51,009 bases of DNA from an uncultured Deferribacteres bacterium (GCA_964464595.1 CAYXGW010000029.1:1-51009); one strand, 5' to 3'; positions 21,149-30,954 are shown, counted from the stretch's first letter. The notes: a model not told the origin generated them from the letters alone. Numbers and translations: made by a program.

Positions 21149-21152
21149 GAAA

Positions 21153-23036
21153 ATGACTTTTAATAAGAACATAAAAATCAAATTTCCAAATAAAAATTTA
21201 GATGCACTTTATTTTCTTGTTTTATTCTTTTTTACATTTCCACATTTTCTCTTTAGTCAGGATTTAACGCTGAAAACCTTAGTCGATCGCACGAAAGTAG
21301 CAACCAACCAACAATTCTCTTTAACAATTGAAATATCAGGAAAGGAAGCTCAATCCGTAGGAATTCCCAATCCACCGGATTTATCATCATTTGCCATTTT
21401 ATCCGGCAACTCAGGTACCACATCCAGTTTTCAGCTATTAAATGGCAGAATGTCAGTTTCAAAGAGTGCAACCTACAACTATATTGCGAGCACAGAAGGT
21501 GAATTTAATATTCCATCCATCTCGATTAATTTTAGCGGAAACACATATCGTTCAAGGCCAATTAAAATTGAAATCGTTAAGGGTACTACCCCGCCTTTAA
21601 CTGCTCGAAATCGGAGTTCAAGGAGTGGCGGTATTCAACCGGAAGGGGAGCTTGAAGGGAATTTGTATTTAGCCGCAGAAATCAATAAGAATACGGTTTT
21701 TAGAAATGAACCAATTGTCGTTACCTATAAAATTTATACCAGGGTTGAGGTGAGTAATTACAGCCTGATCAAATCGCCGGATCTGATCGGTTTTTGGACT
21801 GAAGATTTTGAGATTCCCAAGCAACCAAATACTTATGAAGAAATTATTGATGGTAAAAGATTTCTTGTAGCTGAAATCAAAAAGATTGCACTTTTTCCTA
21901 CCCAAACAGGGGAAAAAATTTTGGGGCCGATGGAAATAGATTGTGAAGTCCGGCTCAAAACACGAAGAAGAAGTCGTGATATTTTTGAGGATTTTTTTGA
22001 TAGTAGCAGTCTTTTTGGTCAAAGGGTTCGGACAACCATTACAAGTAAACCACTTAAAATTACGGTAAAACCCTTGCCTCTGGAGGGAAGACCTTCAGAT
22101 TTTAATGGTGTGGTTGGCAGTTTTAGTTGGAACGTATCTTTGGATAAGAATGAAGTATCCACCAACGAGGCGATTACTCTGAAGATGAAAATCAAAGGGA
22201 GAGGAAATATTAAAATATTGCCTGAGCCAAAATTTAAATTTCCTCAAGGGTTTGAAATGTATGAACCGGAAGTAAGCCAGAAAATAAATCGAACCGGTAA
22301 TGTAATAAGTGGTGAAAAAGTATACGAATATGTTTTTATTCCCAGGTTTGCAGGGACACACAGGATTAAGCCAATATCCTTTGTATATTTTGATCCAAAT
22401 TCTTTTTCTTATAAGAGGCTGGAAACACCTGAATTTGTAATCAAGGCCAAAGCTTCGACGGGAACGGGTGCGCCAATCACAAGCGGGTTAACTCGTGAAG
22501 AGATAAAATTCATAGGTAGGGATATTCGTTTTATTAAAGAAAGACCGGTTGAATTCCAGAAGATTGGCAATCATTTTCATAAATCATTTCTTTTTGGATT
22601 TTTAATTAGTATCCCCCTTGTTGCTTTTGGTGGCACATTATTATACCGCCAAAGGCAAGGAAAAATGGAAGTGAATGTCGCGTATGCAAGAAATCGGCGG
22701 GCGAATCAGATGGCGAAGAAAAAACTCGCAGGAGCCCACAAAATATTAAAACCCGATCACCAAAAAGAATTTTATGCTGAGATTTCAAAAGCTTTGCTTG
22801 GATTTATCTCTGACAAACTAAACCTATCAGCGGCTGGATTAAACAGTGATGAGGTTGAAGAAAAGCTGAAAGAAAGAAAAGTTAAAAAGGAAGTTGTTGC
22901 AGAGGTATTATCCATTGTTCAAGAGTGTGATTTCCAAAGATTTGCACCTTCGAATACTACGGTAGAAGATATGCAGCAATTCTATAATCGAGCGACTTCC
23001 GCAATATCTAACCTGGAAAAATCAGATCTTAGTTAA
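21153..23036 (+). CDS. batD: BatD (oxygen-tolerance) protein
   Basis: About 620 aa: signal peptide, large extracytoplasmic region, TM 'FLFGFLISIPLVAFGGTLLY', cytoplasmic C-terminus. Sits in the canonical batC-batD-batE position. The ATG at 21153 follows the batC stop. Confidence 0.8.
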   Translation: MTFNKNIKIKFPNKNLDALYFLVLFFFTFPHFLFSQDLTLKTLVDRTKVATNQQFSLTIEISGKEAQSVGIPNPPDLSSFAILSGNSGTTSSFQLLNGRMSVSKSATYNYIASTEGEFNIPSISINFSGNTYRSRPIKIEIVKGTTPPLTARNRSSRSGGIQPEGELEGNLYLAAEINKNTVFRNEPIVVTYKIYTRVEVSNYSLIKSPDLIGFWTEDFEIPKQPNTYEEIIDGKRFLVAEIKKIALFPTQTGEKILGPMEIDCEVRLKTRRRSRDIFEDFFDSSSLFGQRVRTTITSKPLKITVKPLPLEGRPSDFNGVVGSFSWNVSLDKNEVSTNEAITLKMKIKGRGNIKILPEPKFKFPQGFEMYEPEVSQKINRTGNVISGEKVYEYVFIPRFAGTHRIKPISFVYFDPNSFSYKRLETPEFVIKAKASTGTGAPITSGLTREEIKFIGRDIRFIKERPVEFQKIGNHFHKSFLFGFLISIPLVAFGGTLLYRQRQGKMEVNVAYARNRRANQMAKKKLAGAHKILKPDHQKEFYAEISKALLGFISDKLNLSAAGLNSDEVEEKLKERKVKKEVVAEVLSIVQECDFQRFAPSNTTVEDMQQFYNRATSAISNLEKSDLS

Positions 23037-23801
23037 ATGCTTATTCGAAAAACTATATTTCAATTTTGTCTATACTTTCTTTTAATATTTTGTGGCAATG
23101 TCTATGCAGATCATCAAGAGCATAAATTTAATGAGGCAAACCAGTTTTATCAAAATGGTCAGTATGAAGAAGCGATTAACGCTTACGAAGAAATTCTGGA
23201 AATGGGGTATGAAAGTGCAGAACTATATTATAATCTTGGTAATTCTCTTTATAAATTGGGAAAAAATCCTCGAGCGATTTTAAATTATGAGAGAGCTTTG
23301 CGACTGAAACCAAATGATGAAGATATCCAATTCAACTTACAAATTGCTAATTTACAAGTACTCGATAAGATTCCATCCATCCCAGAATTGTTTTATGTAA
23401 AATTCATTAATGAGATAGGGAATTATTTTAGCCTGCATTCACTTACATTGTTGACAATATTCATTTATATCTGTTTTTTTTCTTTTTTGATAATCTGGAT
23501 TCTAATTAAACCCGGTTCGCTCAAGAGAATATTTAAGACAATGTCATATGGACTTGGTATAATTCTAATCTTTTTTTCTTTCTTATTCATTTCCAAAGTA
23601 TCCCATAAAAGAGTTGATGCCATCGTTATGGAAAGTGAGATTGATGTTAGAAGCGCCCCATCCTCAGATGGAACTGAGATATTTAAAATTCATGAAGGCC
23701 TAAAAGTAAAAATAACGGATCGACGAGGTGATTGGATCGAGATCAGGCTTTCTGATGGAAAAGAAGGATGGCTTGAGTCTTTGACCATCGAAACAATTTA
23801 G
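23037..23801 (+). CDS. batE: BatE (TPR repeats, TM segments, C-terminal SH3b-like domain)
   Basis: TPR units ('YEEAINAYEEILEMGYES', 'NPRAILNYERALRLKPND'), two TMs, C-terminal 'GDWIEIRLSDGKEGWL' (SH3b-like). Confidence 0.75.
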   Translation: MLIRKTIFQFCLYFLLIFCGNVYADHQEHKFNEANQFYQNGQYEEAINAYEEILEMGYESAELYYNLGNSLYKLGKNPRAILNYERALRLKPNDEDIQFNLQIANLQVLDKIPSIPELFYVKFINEIGNYFSLHSLTLLTIFIYICFFSFLIIWILIKPGSLKRIFKTMSYGLGIILIFFSFLFISKVSHKRVDAIVMESEIDVRSAPSSDGTEIFKIHEGLKVKITDRRGDWIEIRLSDGKEGWLESLTIETI

Positions 23802-23873
23802 TTTTTAATCACGGTTTTATTCAAAACGAGTATTTAATTCATCAAGCGAATATTCAAAAAGGAGAATAACTGA

Positions 23874-24374
23874 ATGATTAGTAAAAAAATGGAAAAAATG
23901 TTAAATAAACATATTCAAGAAGAGTTTGACTCTTCGGCAATTTATCTAGCCATTTCAGCTTGGTGTTCGGCCAATGATTTAAATGGAACCGCACTTTTTT
24001 TCAGGAGGCAAGCTGAAGAGGAAAATGCTCACGGAATGCGAATTTATGACCATTTATTCAATGTAAGTGCTAGAGCGAATGTACCGTCTGTCGCTCAACC
24101 TTTGGCCAATTATGATTCTGTGATGGACATATTTACAAAAGCCCTTGAGTACGAACAACATATTACCGGATGTATAAACAAACTTGTGGACCTGGCAAAT
24201 CAAGAGAAGGACTATGCAACTTTAACTTTACTAAATTGGTTTGTGACGGAACAAATTGAGGAAGAAGCTACCTTTAAATCTATTTTGGCTAAGATCAAAA
24301 TGATTGGTACTGATGGCAGAGGTTTATATTTACTTGATCGGGAGTTAGGAGAAAGACAACAAACAAGCGGATAG
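23874..24374 (+). CDS. ftn: Non-haem ferritin
   Basis: Ferroxidase-centre residues lie in 'EEFDSSAIYLAISAWC...EENAHGMRIYDHL...ALEYEQHITGCINKL...WFVTEQIEEEA'. Confidence 0.9.
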   Translation: MISKKMEKMLNKHIQEEFDSSAIYLAISAWCSANDLNGTALFFRRQAEEENAHGMRIYDHLFNVSARANVPSVAQPLANYDSVMDIFTKALEYEQHITGCINKLVDLANQEKDYATLTLLNWFVTEQIEEEATFKSILAKIKMIGTDGRGLYLLDRELGERQQTSG

Positions 24375-24434
24375 GAAAGAAAAATGGCAGGTCAATTAAG
24401 GATTCCTGTTTATTTTTGTATTCAGTCGAAAAAC

Positions 24435-24875
24435 TCATAATGGCTTAGTATATACCAAATAGAAAATTGCAGCAATAATAATCAGTTGCAGGTGTTTGTA
24501 AAGGTTCATTTTCTTTTGGGCAAGAACCAGGGACTCATTTGCATTCTCTGTCTCCATTCGTAACTTGAGCGCTTTTGTCCCCAATGCACCCATTAATGCC
24601 ATCCATACAATATACAGGATAAATTTTAAGATTATCCATAATGCTCCAACCTTAAAAAATGGAGTTCCCATATATCCACCGATCAAGAATGCAGCAATTG
24701 CACTAAAAGTTACCCCTCTGTGGATTTTTCGCATTGTCTGGTTGAATTTTTGATATTCAGTTGAATTAGATTCCATTCTCCCAATTCTATAATCCAGCCA
24801 ATATAGTAGTAAAGCATAACTGGCTATAACATAACCTATTGCGGCATGTACATAATACAGGATTTGGTAAATCAT
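24435..24875 (-). CDS. Small polytopic membrane protein (4 TM), function unknown; downstream of the receiver gene on the minus strand
   Basis: Four hydrophobic helices. No recognisable family from sequence alone. Confidence 0.5.
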   Translation of the reverse strand: MIYQILYYVHAAIGYVIASYALLLYWLDYRIGRMESNSTEYQKFNQTMRKIHRGVTFSAIAAFLIGGYMGTPFFKVGALWIILKFILYIVWMALMGALGTKALKLRMETENANESLVLAQKKMNLYKHLQLIIIAAIFYLVYTKPL

Positions 24876-25064
24876 TCAATTCTCCTTTTTGAAAATGGAA
24901 TACTCTTACATATTTTCAAAATAAAAAATTTAAGGAAACTAGCAAGCAGTATTAAGTGTAGTTAAAAAAATCTTTATTGAGGACTAATATTGGAATCTAA
25001 ATTTAAAGGCTGTTTTTTGACTAAAGAACTTCATTCATTTCAGATTAAAGGTGTAAATCGAGGA

Positions 25065-25532
25065 TTACCGCAATAAATTAGCGAGAATGATTCCCAAGAT
25101 CAACCAGAATGGGATTGATATTAATAATGACCAGTTGGCGCCTTTAAATATTTTTAATGAATGGCCAAGTTTAGATCTTTCTAACCCGCGATCAACTTTT
25201 ACTTTTAGTTCATCCAAATCGATGGGTTTGATGAGATAGTCGTATGCGCCTTCTTTCATGGAGTGCACGGCTGATTCCACAGATGGATAGCCCGTCAATA
25301 AAATAACTGTTAGATTTGGGTTGACTTTTTTTAGGTTTTCCAGAAAAGTCATGCCATCCATTTTAGGCATTCGGATATCAGATAAAACAAGCTCTATAGG
25401 AACATCCTGCAATTTTTGCAAGGCATCTTCGCCATCCCTTGCTATAATAGGTAAGTGTCCCCATTTTTTTACAACATCAGATAATAATTCTAGTATATCC
25501 TCTTCATCATCCACTATTAAAATATTATCCAT
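25065..25532 (-). CDS. Single-domain response-regulator receiver (CheY-like) with a C-terminal hydrophobic TM tail
   Basis: 'ILIVDDEEDILELL...LVLSDIRMPKMDGMTFLENLK...VILLTGY...YDYLIKP' has the conserved D, D, T and K positions. The C-terminus 'WSLLISIPFWLILGIILANLL' is a predicted TM. Confidence 0.75.
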   Translation of the reverse strand: MDNILIVDDEEDILELLSDVVKKWGHLPIIARDGEDALQKLQDVPIELVLSDIRMPKMDGMTFLENLKKVNPNLTVILLTGYPSVESAVHSMKEGAYDYLIKPIDLDELKVKVDRGLERSKLGHSLKIFKGANWSLLISIPFWLILGIILANLLR

Positions 25533-25807
25533 TGTTACTTTCCTTTTGTAATTTCCACAGTTCTTTTTGTGAATTATGAAACCACCTACTAACTAAAACG
25601 AAGGGTTTCCAATCAATATTATCGACCGGATTGGCAATTAAATTTATGTGCATCAGCAAACAAAACATAAATTAACAAATGGATGTGTTAAAAGTATTAC
25701 CAAATGCACGATTGGATTTATATTGACTTTGATCAAAATTTATCTAAATTAAATTTTCTATATTTGAAAATATATTCTCATTTGAAATGACGAAATAAGG
25801 AGCGTAT

Positions 25808-27265
25808 ATGTCAGTTCCTGAAAGATTTACTTCAAGATGGGGTTTGATTTTAGCAGCAATTGGTATGGCGGTTGGTGCAGGAAACATCTGGCGCTTTCCA
25901 AGAATGGTGGCAGAAAATGGCGGCAGTGCATTTTTAATTCCCTGGATTATCTTCCTTTTCATTTGGTCAATTCCATTATTGATTGCAGAATTTGCAATCG
26001 GTAAACATACACGTAAAGGAACGATTGGATCCTTTGCCCAAATAATGGGTGGGAAATTTGCCTGGATGGGAAGTTTCGTCGGATTTTGTACAATGGGAAT
26101 TATGTTTTATTATTCAGTTGTAACCGGATGGAGCCTTTTTTATTTCATCCAATCGATTTCCGGAAAGCTTGCAACTACAGCCGATTATGCAAAGAACTGG
26201 AATGGGTTTACTACTTCAAATTGGCCATTACTGGTCCATTTAATTGCTATTTCATTTGCCGGTATTGTGGTATATAAAGGAATTGTAAAAGGAATTGAAA
26301 AAGCAGCAAAAATTTTCGTGCCATTATTATTTATACTATTGGTAATTGCAGCTACCCGCGCTTTATTCTTACCAAATGCTTTAGAAGGATTGAATTTCCT
26401 TTTTAACCCGGATTTTGATAAACTTGTAGACTACCGGGTATGGTTGCAAGCTTTGTCACAATCAGCATGGTCAACCGGGGCTGGTTGGGGATTAATTCTT
26501 ACTTATGCTGTGTATATGAAACAAAAAGAAGATGTAAACTTGAATGCCTATATTGTTGGTTTTGGGAATAATGCGGCTTCACTAATTGTGGCATTAGCGA
26601 TTATTCCAACTGTATTTTCAATCTTAGGTGGGACCCAAGCTCTAGAAGTAATGGGCCAGGGTAACCAGGGATTTACATTTATTTGGATGCCTCAACTGTT
26701 CAATCAAATGGCCAATCCAAGTTTGTTTTCAACTGTGTTTTTCTTTGCTTTATTTATTGCAGCGCTTTCTTCCCTGATCCCAATGGTTGAATTGACTGCT
26801 CGAATTTTTATGGATTTTGGCATGGAACGACAAAAGGCCGTTAAATTTGTCTGGCTTGGTACATTGTTGATTGGAGTGCCATCGGCGTTATCTTTGGATT
26901 TTTTTAACAACCAGGATTGGAGTTGGGGCCTGGGTCTTATGTTAAGTGGATTCTTTTTTGCATTAGCAGTTAGAAAATTTGGAGCGGAAAAATTTAGATC
27001 AAAATTGGTGAATACTGCACCTAATGATTTGCGAGTTGGGAAGTGGTATTCGTTTTTGATAAAATATGTCATTCCAATCGAGTTTGTTGTTTTAATCGTT
27101 TGGTGGGCTTATCAATCCGTAACAGTTTTGGAAACGGAAAGTTGGTGGAATCCCTTCAAAACATATAGTCTGGGCACTTGTATATTTCAATGGGGAATTG
27201 TGATAGGTTTGTTTATGTTATTTAATAAGAAAATAGTGAATAAAATTCATCTGGAGGCGCAATGA
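25808..27265 (+). CDS. Neurotransmitter:sodium symporter (NSS/SNF) family transporter
   Basis: The N-terminal 'GNIWRFPRMVAENGGSAFLIPWIIFL...AEFAIGK' is the NSS signature. About 12 TMs. Confidence 0.9.
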   Translation: MSVPERFTSRWGLILAAIGMAVGAGNIWRFPRMVAENGGSAFLIPWIIFLFIWSIPLLIAEFAIGKHTRKGTIGSFAQIMGGKFAWMGSFVGFCTMGIMFYYSVVTGWSLFYFIQSISGKLATTADYAKNWNGFTTSNWPLLVHLIAISFAGIVVYKGIVKGIEKAAKIFVPLLFILLVIAATRALFLPNALEGLNFLFNPDFDKLVDYRVWLQALSQSAWSTGAGWGLILTYAVYMKQKEDVNLNAYIVGFGNNAASLIVALAIIPTVFSILGGTQALEVMGQGNQGFTFIWMPQLFNQMANPSLFSTVFFFALFIAALSSLIPMVELTARIFMDFGMERQKAVKFVWLGTLLIGVPSALSLDFFNNQDWSWGLGLMLSGFFFALAVRKFGAEKFRSKLVNTAPNDLRVGKWYSFLIKYVIPIEFVVLIVWWAYQSVTVLETESWWNPFKTYSLGTCIFQWGIVIGLFMLFNKKIVNKIHLEAQ

Positions 27266-27375
27266 AACCATTAGCCATTGTATTTATGATTCTACTTTTG
27301 ACGATTGTATGGGGAGGTTTTGCTGCACTAATTGCTATAGCCTTTCGAAAAGAACGACAAGCTCAGTCGAATTAA
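27262..27375 (+). CDS. Small (37 aa) single-TM protein, MetS-like NSS-associated subunit
   Basis: MKPLAIVFMILLLTIVWGGFAALIAIAFRKERQAQSN. An ATGA start/stop overlap with the NSS gene. The ORF is below the track's 60-aa cutoff. Confidence 0.55.
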   Translation: MKPLAIVFMILLLTIVWGGFAALIAIAFRKERQAQSN

Positions 27376-27390
27376 ATATTAAATGCGAAA

Positions 27391-28395
27391 ATGAATTTTC
27401 AAGAATTCCTTAAACAGTTCAATTCCGGAAAAGTATCTCCTGTCTACTTTTTTTATGGAGCCGAAAATTATTTTAAAAACCAGGCTTTAGACATTATTTT
27501 CTCCAAATATGTCACCAGCCAGACTGCCAGTTTTAATAGAGATATTTTTTACGGAGATGATGGAGATGCTGCACAAATTGTGAATACAGCATTAACCATA
27601 CCTATGATGTCAGAGAAGAGGGTTGTTGTTGTTAAGAATTATCAACGATTGTCTCAACCCAATAAAGAATTGATCCTGAAATATTGTAAAAAATCAGTTT
27701 CTCAAACAATATTGGTTTTAATAGCGGATGAGATAGATTTTCGCAAAAAGGATTATTCCTCACTAAGAGATTGTGCAGAATGTATTGAATGTAAACCCCC
27801 TTATGATAACCAGGTACCAATGTACATTTCACAATTTTCTGAAAAGCAAGGGAAAAAAATATCGCTTGCTGCTATCAATCTTCTTCAATCCAAATCAGGA
27901 AATTCACTTGGAGAACTAATGAGTCAGGTTGAGAAACTTATTAGCTATACAGGCGATAAGGAAATTATCTCAGAAGATGATGTGGAAAAATTGGTTGGGA
28001 TTTCCAGAAATTACAACATTTTTCAACTTCGAGATGCGATTGGAGATAGAAGGATTTCGGAAAGTCTAATCATCTTGAGAAGAATGATTGAGATGGGAGA
28101 ATCACCTATTTACGTTGTTTCATCTTTGACGAATTTTTTTACTGTGCTTATTCGAGCCAAAGAATTAATTAGAAAGCGAATTCCAAGAAGTGATATGGCT
28201 AAACAATTGGGAGTGCATCCTTATTTTCTAGATGCAACAATCAGACAAGCGAAATCATATACTGATTCTGAGATTAACACTATTTTTGAATTATTGCTTG
28301 AGGCCGATAAAAACTTGAAAACAAGTTACCAGAAACCCAAAATTGTAATGGAGATTTTGGTGTTTCAAATTTTGAATCAAAAGAAAGCAGCTTAA
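27391..28395 (+). CDS. holA: DNA polymerase III delta subunit
   Basis: N-terminal 'VYFFYGAENYFKNQALDII', with typical HolA length and helical C-terminal domain. Confidence 0.8.
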   Translation: MNFQEFLKQFNSGKVSPVYFFYGAENYFKNQALDIIFSKYVTSQTASFNRDIFYGDDGDAAQIVNTALTIPMMSEKRVVVVKNYQRLSQPNKELILKYCKKSVSQTILVLIADEIDFRKKDYSSLRDCAECIECKPPYDNQVPMYISQFSEKQGKKISLAAINLLQSKSGNSLGELMSQVEKLISYTGDKEIISEDDVEKLVGISRNYNIFQLRDAIGDRRISESLIILRRMIEMGESPIYVVSSLTNFFTVLIRAKELIRKRIPRSDMAKQLGVHPYFLDATIRQAKSYTDSEINTIFELLLEADKNLKTSYQKPKIVMEILVFQILNQKKAA

Positions 28396-28419
28396 CAATA
28401 GTCATTCGATAAGTAGAAT

Positions 28420-29046
28420 ATGAGTTTTTCAACAAAAGAAAATTATTTACAAGCTAAACAAAGAAGGTTGGAGTTATCTGATCAGGATGATGAAGATTTA
28501 ATATTTTCATTTCAACAAGGAGAAGTTCTTGCATTTGACGAAATAGTAAAACGCTATAAAGATCCTCTAATGAATTTTGTCTATCGATTTTTAGGAGATT
28601 CAATAGAATCCGAAGATGTTGTACAAGAAACATTTTTGCGAGTATTTAGAAATAAACATGCATACAAAAAAATTGCAAAATTCTCAACTTGGATATATAC
28701 TATTGCTGGGAATTTGGCAAAAACAGAGTTGCGTAAAAGGAAGAAAAGAAACATTCACTCTTTAAGTGAAATTGGTTTTGAAGACAAAGATTATGAAATC
28801 TCCGATGAATCGCAAAGTCCGGAAAAAAACACCAATTCAAGTATGTATGACGAAATTATTCAACGAGAAATTCAGCAACTTTCTCCTAAGTTTCGTGAAG
28901 TGGTTATTTTGCGTGATATTCAGGAACTTTCATATGAAGAGATCAGTAAGATTATTGATGTGCCACTTGGGACAGTTAAATCACGTGTGAATCGCGCAAG
29001 ATTACGATTACAGGAGAAACTTAAATTTTTAATGGATAAAAAGTAA
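28420..29046 (+). CDS. ECF (group IV sigma70-family) sigma factor
   Basis: Region 2 'FLRVFRNKHAYKKIAKFSTWIYTIAGNLA' and region 4 'VVILRDIQELSYEEISKIIDVPLGTVKSRVNRARLRL'. Confidence 0.9.
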   Translation: MSFSTKENYLQAKQRRLELSDQDDEDLIFSFQQGEVLAFDEIVKRYKDPLMNFVYRFLGDSIESEDVVQETFLRVFRNKHAYKKIAKFSTWIYTIAGNLAKTELRKRKKRNIHSLSEIGFEDKDYEISDESQSPEKNTNSSMYDEIIQREIQQLSPKFREVVILRDIQELSYEEISKIIDVPLGTVKSRVNRARLRLQEKLKFLMDKK

Positions 29047-29056
29047 TAATTAATTC

Positions 29057-29698
29057 ATGGAGGAAATGGTGTTAAATTGTGAAGATGTTAAAAGTAGAAT
29101 ATCAGATTATTTGGACAGAACTCTCGATAGTAGGGAAAAACTTAGCTTTGAGCAGCATTGTAAAGAGTGTGTCGAATGTAATTCTGTTCTTAATCGCATG
29201 AAAGAGCTAAGTCATCATCTCAATAATCTTGAGAAAGTTAAGACTTCTGATTCATTTCAGGCTGTTTTAAGAAGCCGACTTAGAAGAGAACTTGAACATG
29301 AATCTGAAACTATTATTGGTAAAATTTTTCTGTTTTTCCAATCAAAAACAACACCTGCATTAGGTTATTCTTTAGCGGCAGTTCTATTTCTTGTTTATTT
29401 ATCTTATGATGTTTATCATCACTTTGGGAATGAAAATATACAGCATGTCAGTACTCAAAATTCGCCGCAGAAACTTCTTACAATAATTCCCGATCAAAAG
29501 CCAATTGTTCTTGATCAAGAACAAAGTACGGAGCAATTATATTATATTCTTGAAGAAGTGAAAGAAAAAGATATTCTTAAGGATTCGGAATGGAACCATT
29601 CGGAATCTATAAAAAGATATAAGCAGCAAAGACCTCTGCAAACTGTTGCTGATAAAAACCGGATCTTACAAACCAATCTTCTAACAGTAACTTTTTAA
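29057..29698 (+). CDS. Zinc-binding (ZAS-type) anti-sigma factor with a single TM
   Basis: 'HCKECVECNSV' (H-x3-C-x2-C) and TM 'ALGYSLAAVLFLVYLSY'. Immediately downstream of the ECF sigma gene. Confidence 0.75.
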   Translation: MEEMVLNCEDVKSRISDYLDRTLDSREKLSFEQHCKECVECNSVLNRMKELSHHLNNLEKVKTSDSFQAVLRSRLRRELEHESETIIGKIFLFFQSKTTPALGYSLAAVLFLVYLSYDVYHHFGNENIQHVSTQNSPQKLLTIIPDQKPIVLDQEQSTEQLYYILEEVKEKDILKDSEWNHSESIKRYKQQRPLQTVADKNRILQTNLLTVTF

Positions 29699-29714
29699 CT
29701 AGTTTGAGGATAAT

Positions 29715-30767
29715 ATGCGGAATAAAAATAAAATAAAATATACCCTGGGGACTGGAATTATACTACTCCTGTCTGGTATTAATTATTCCGCTATTGCGCA
29801 AAGTCCGGCTTTTAATACGCTGGAAACTGAATTACAAAAGTTAATCTCATATTCCCAACAGTATGTTGTAACCGTAATCGGGGTATCCCAGGAAATGTAT
29901 GATGAAGAGACTGTTCAATCTGCAGATTCTATCCAAAGTCCTAGATCGATTATAAAGCCAGTTTATTATAAAAATGTAGGTTCAGGGTTACTAGTGGATT
30001 CTCAAGGGATCGTGCTTACAAGATCTAGCATAGTTAAAAACAAAAATAAGATATACGTTCGATTATTTACAGGTGAAGAGGTTGATGCAGAAATATTAGG
30101 TGAGCAACCCAATGGGATAACAGTATTGAAAATTAATCGAATTAATATTGCAAATCCATCTTTTGCTCATGATTCTGGAATGAGACTTGGAAGTTGGATT
30201 TATGTTATGGGTTCTTCTTTCGGTTATGGTCCAGCTGTTGCGCTTGGCCTTGTTGAGGGGATCCTTGATAATGGTTATGTCTTGATTGGTGCACGTGCCT
30301 GGAATGGCTGTTCCGGGGCGCCTGTTTTTAATTTGAATGGCCAGGTTGTTGGAATTTTAGCAGCAAAAGTTGAATTGACGCAAGAGTTAACCAAATATAC
30401 CGGCATAGTAGACCATGATGAATATGTAGTAGTCCCAATTGGTTCTCTTCTCCCCCGAATTGCTCAAGTTGTTGACAAATCGGCAGGATGGATTGGATTA
30501 TCAATTACGGAGAATCCCCAACAAAGGGGGGTTTTCCAAATTAGTCAAATTCAAGAAGACAGCCCTGCTTCACAAGCCGGCATCCAAGTTGGAGATGAAA
30601 TTGTTTCGTTTAATGAAAGAGAAGTTAAGAGTATTTCTGAGATTTGGTCTCAAATAAAAAATAGTAGCGTTGATGATCAAATTAAATTAAAAGTAAAACG
30701 AGGCAATGAAACTATTCAAACTAATATAAAATTTGCTCCCCGTTCAATAATTACACTAAAGAAATAA
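29715..30767 (+). CDS. HtrA-like trypsin-fold protein plus PDZ domain, with the catalytic triad apparently degenerate (His and Asp substituted, Ser retained)
   Basis: 'GSGLLVDSQGIVLTRSSIV...GEQPNGITVLKI...GCSGAPVF' aligns to DegP 'GSGVII..TNNHVV...DPRSDIALI...GNSGGAL', with H->S and D->G. A C-terminal PDZ is present. Signal peptide. Confidence 0.65.
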   Translation: MRNKNKIKYTLGTGIILLLSGINYSAIAQSPAFNTLETELQKLISYSQQYVVTVIGVSQEMYDEETVQSADSIQSPRSIIKPVYYKNVGSGLLVDSQGIVLTRSSIVKNKNKIYVRLFTGEEVDAEILGEQPNGITVLKINRINIANPSFAHDSGMRLGSWIYVMGSSFGYGPAVALGLVEGILDNGYVLIGARAWNGCSGAPVFNLNGQVVGILAAKVELTQELTKYTGIVDHDEYVVVPIGSLLPRIAQVVDKSAGWIGLSITENPQQRGVFQISQIQEDSPASQAGIQVGDEIVSFNEREVKSISEIWSQIKNSSVDDQIKLKVKRGNETIQTNIKFAPRSIITLKK

Positions 30768-30954
30768 AAAAATTTAGGGGTTTTAAGGTTTATTTCCCTT
30801 TCAATCGGTAGTTGTGATTGAATTTTAATTTAATGTATTTATCCGTCCTCAAAAAAAATAATAATTGCTTTTAAGCTGCTTGTTTATCAATTATTTATAT
30901 TGAATATCAAGGTTAATTTATTATATTTATGATTCAATAAAATAGGATAATTGA

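Noticed and set aside
21075-21152. ORF-track 5' extension of batD (overlapping batC), and likewise the 19302 start of batB (overlapping batA)
   Set aside because: The extensions are Lys/Arg-rich, overlap the upstream gene's C-terminus, and precede the real signal peptides. Internal ATGs directly after the upstream stops were preferred.
24375-24434. Possible bidirectional terminator between the convergent ferritin and membrane-protein genes
   Set aside because: Only a 4-bp stem (CAGG/CCTG) is formable. Not convincing.
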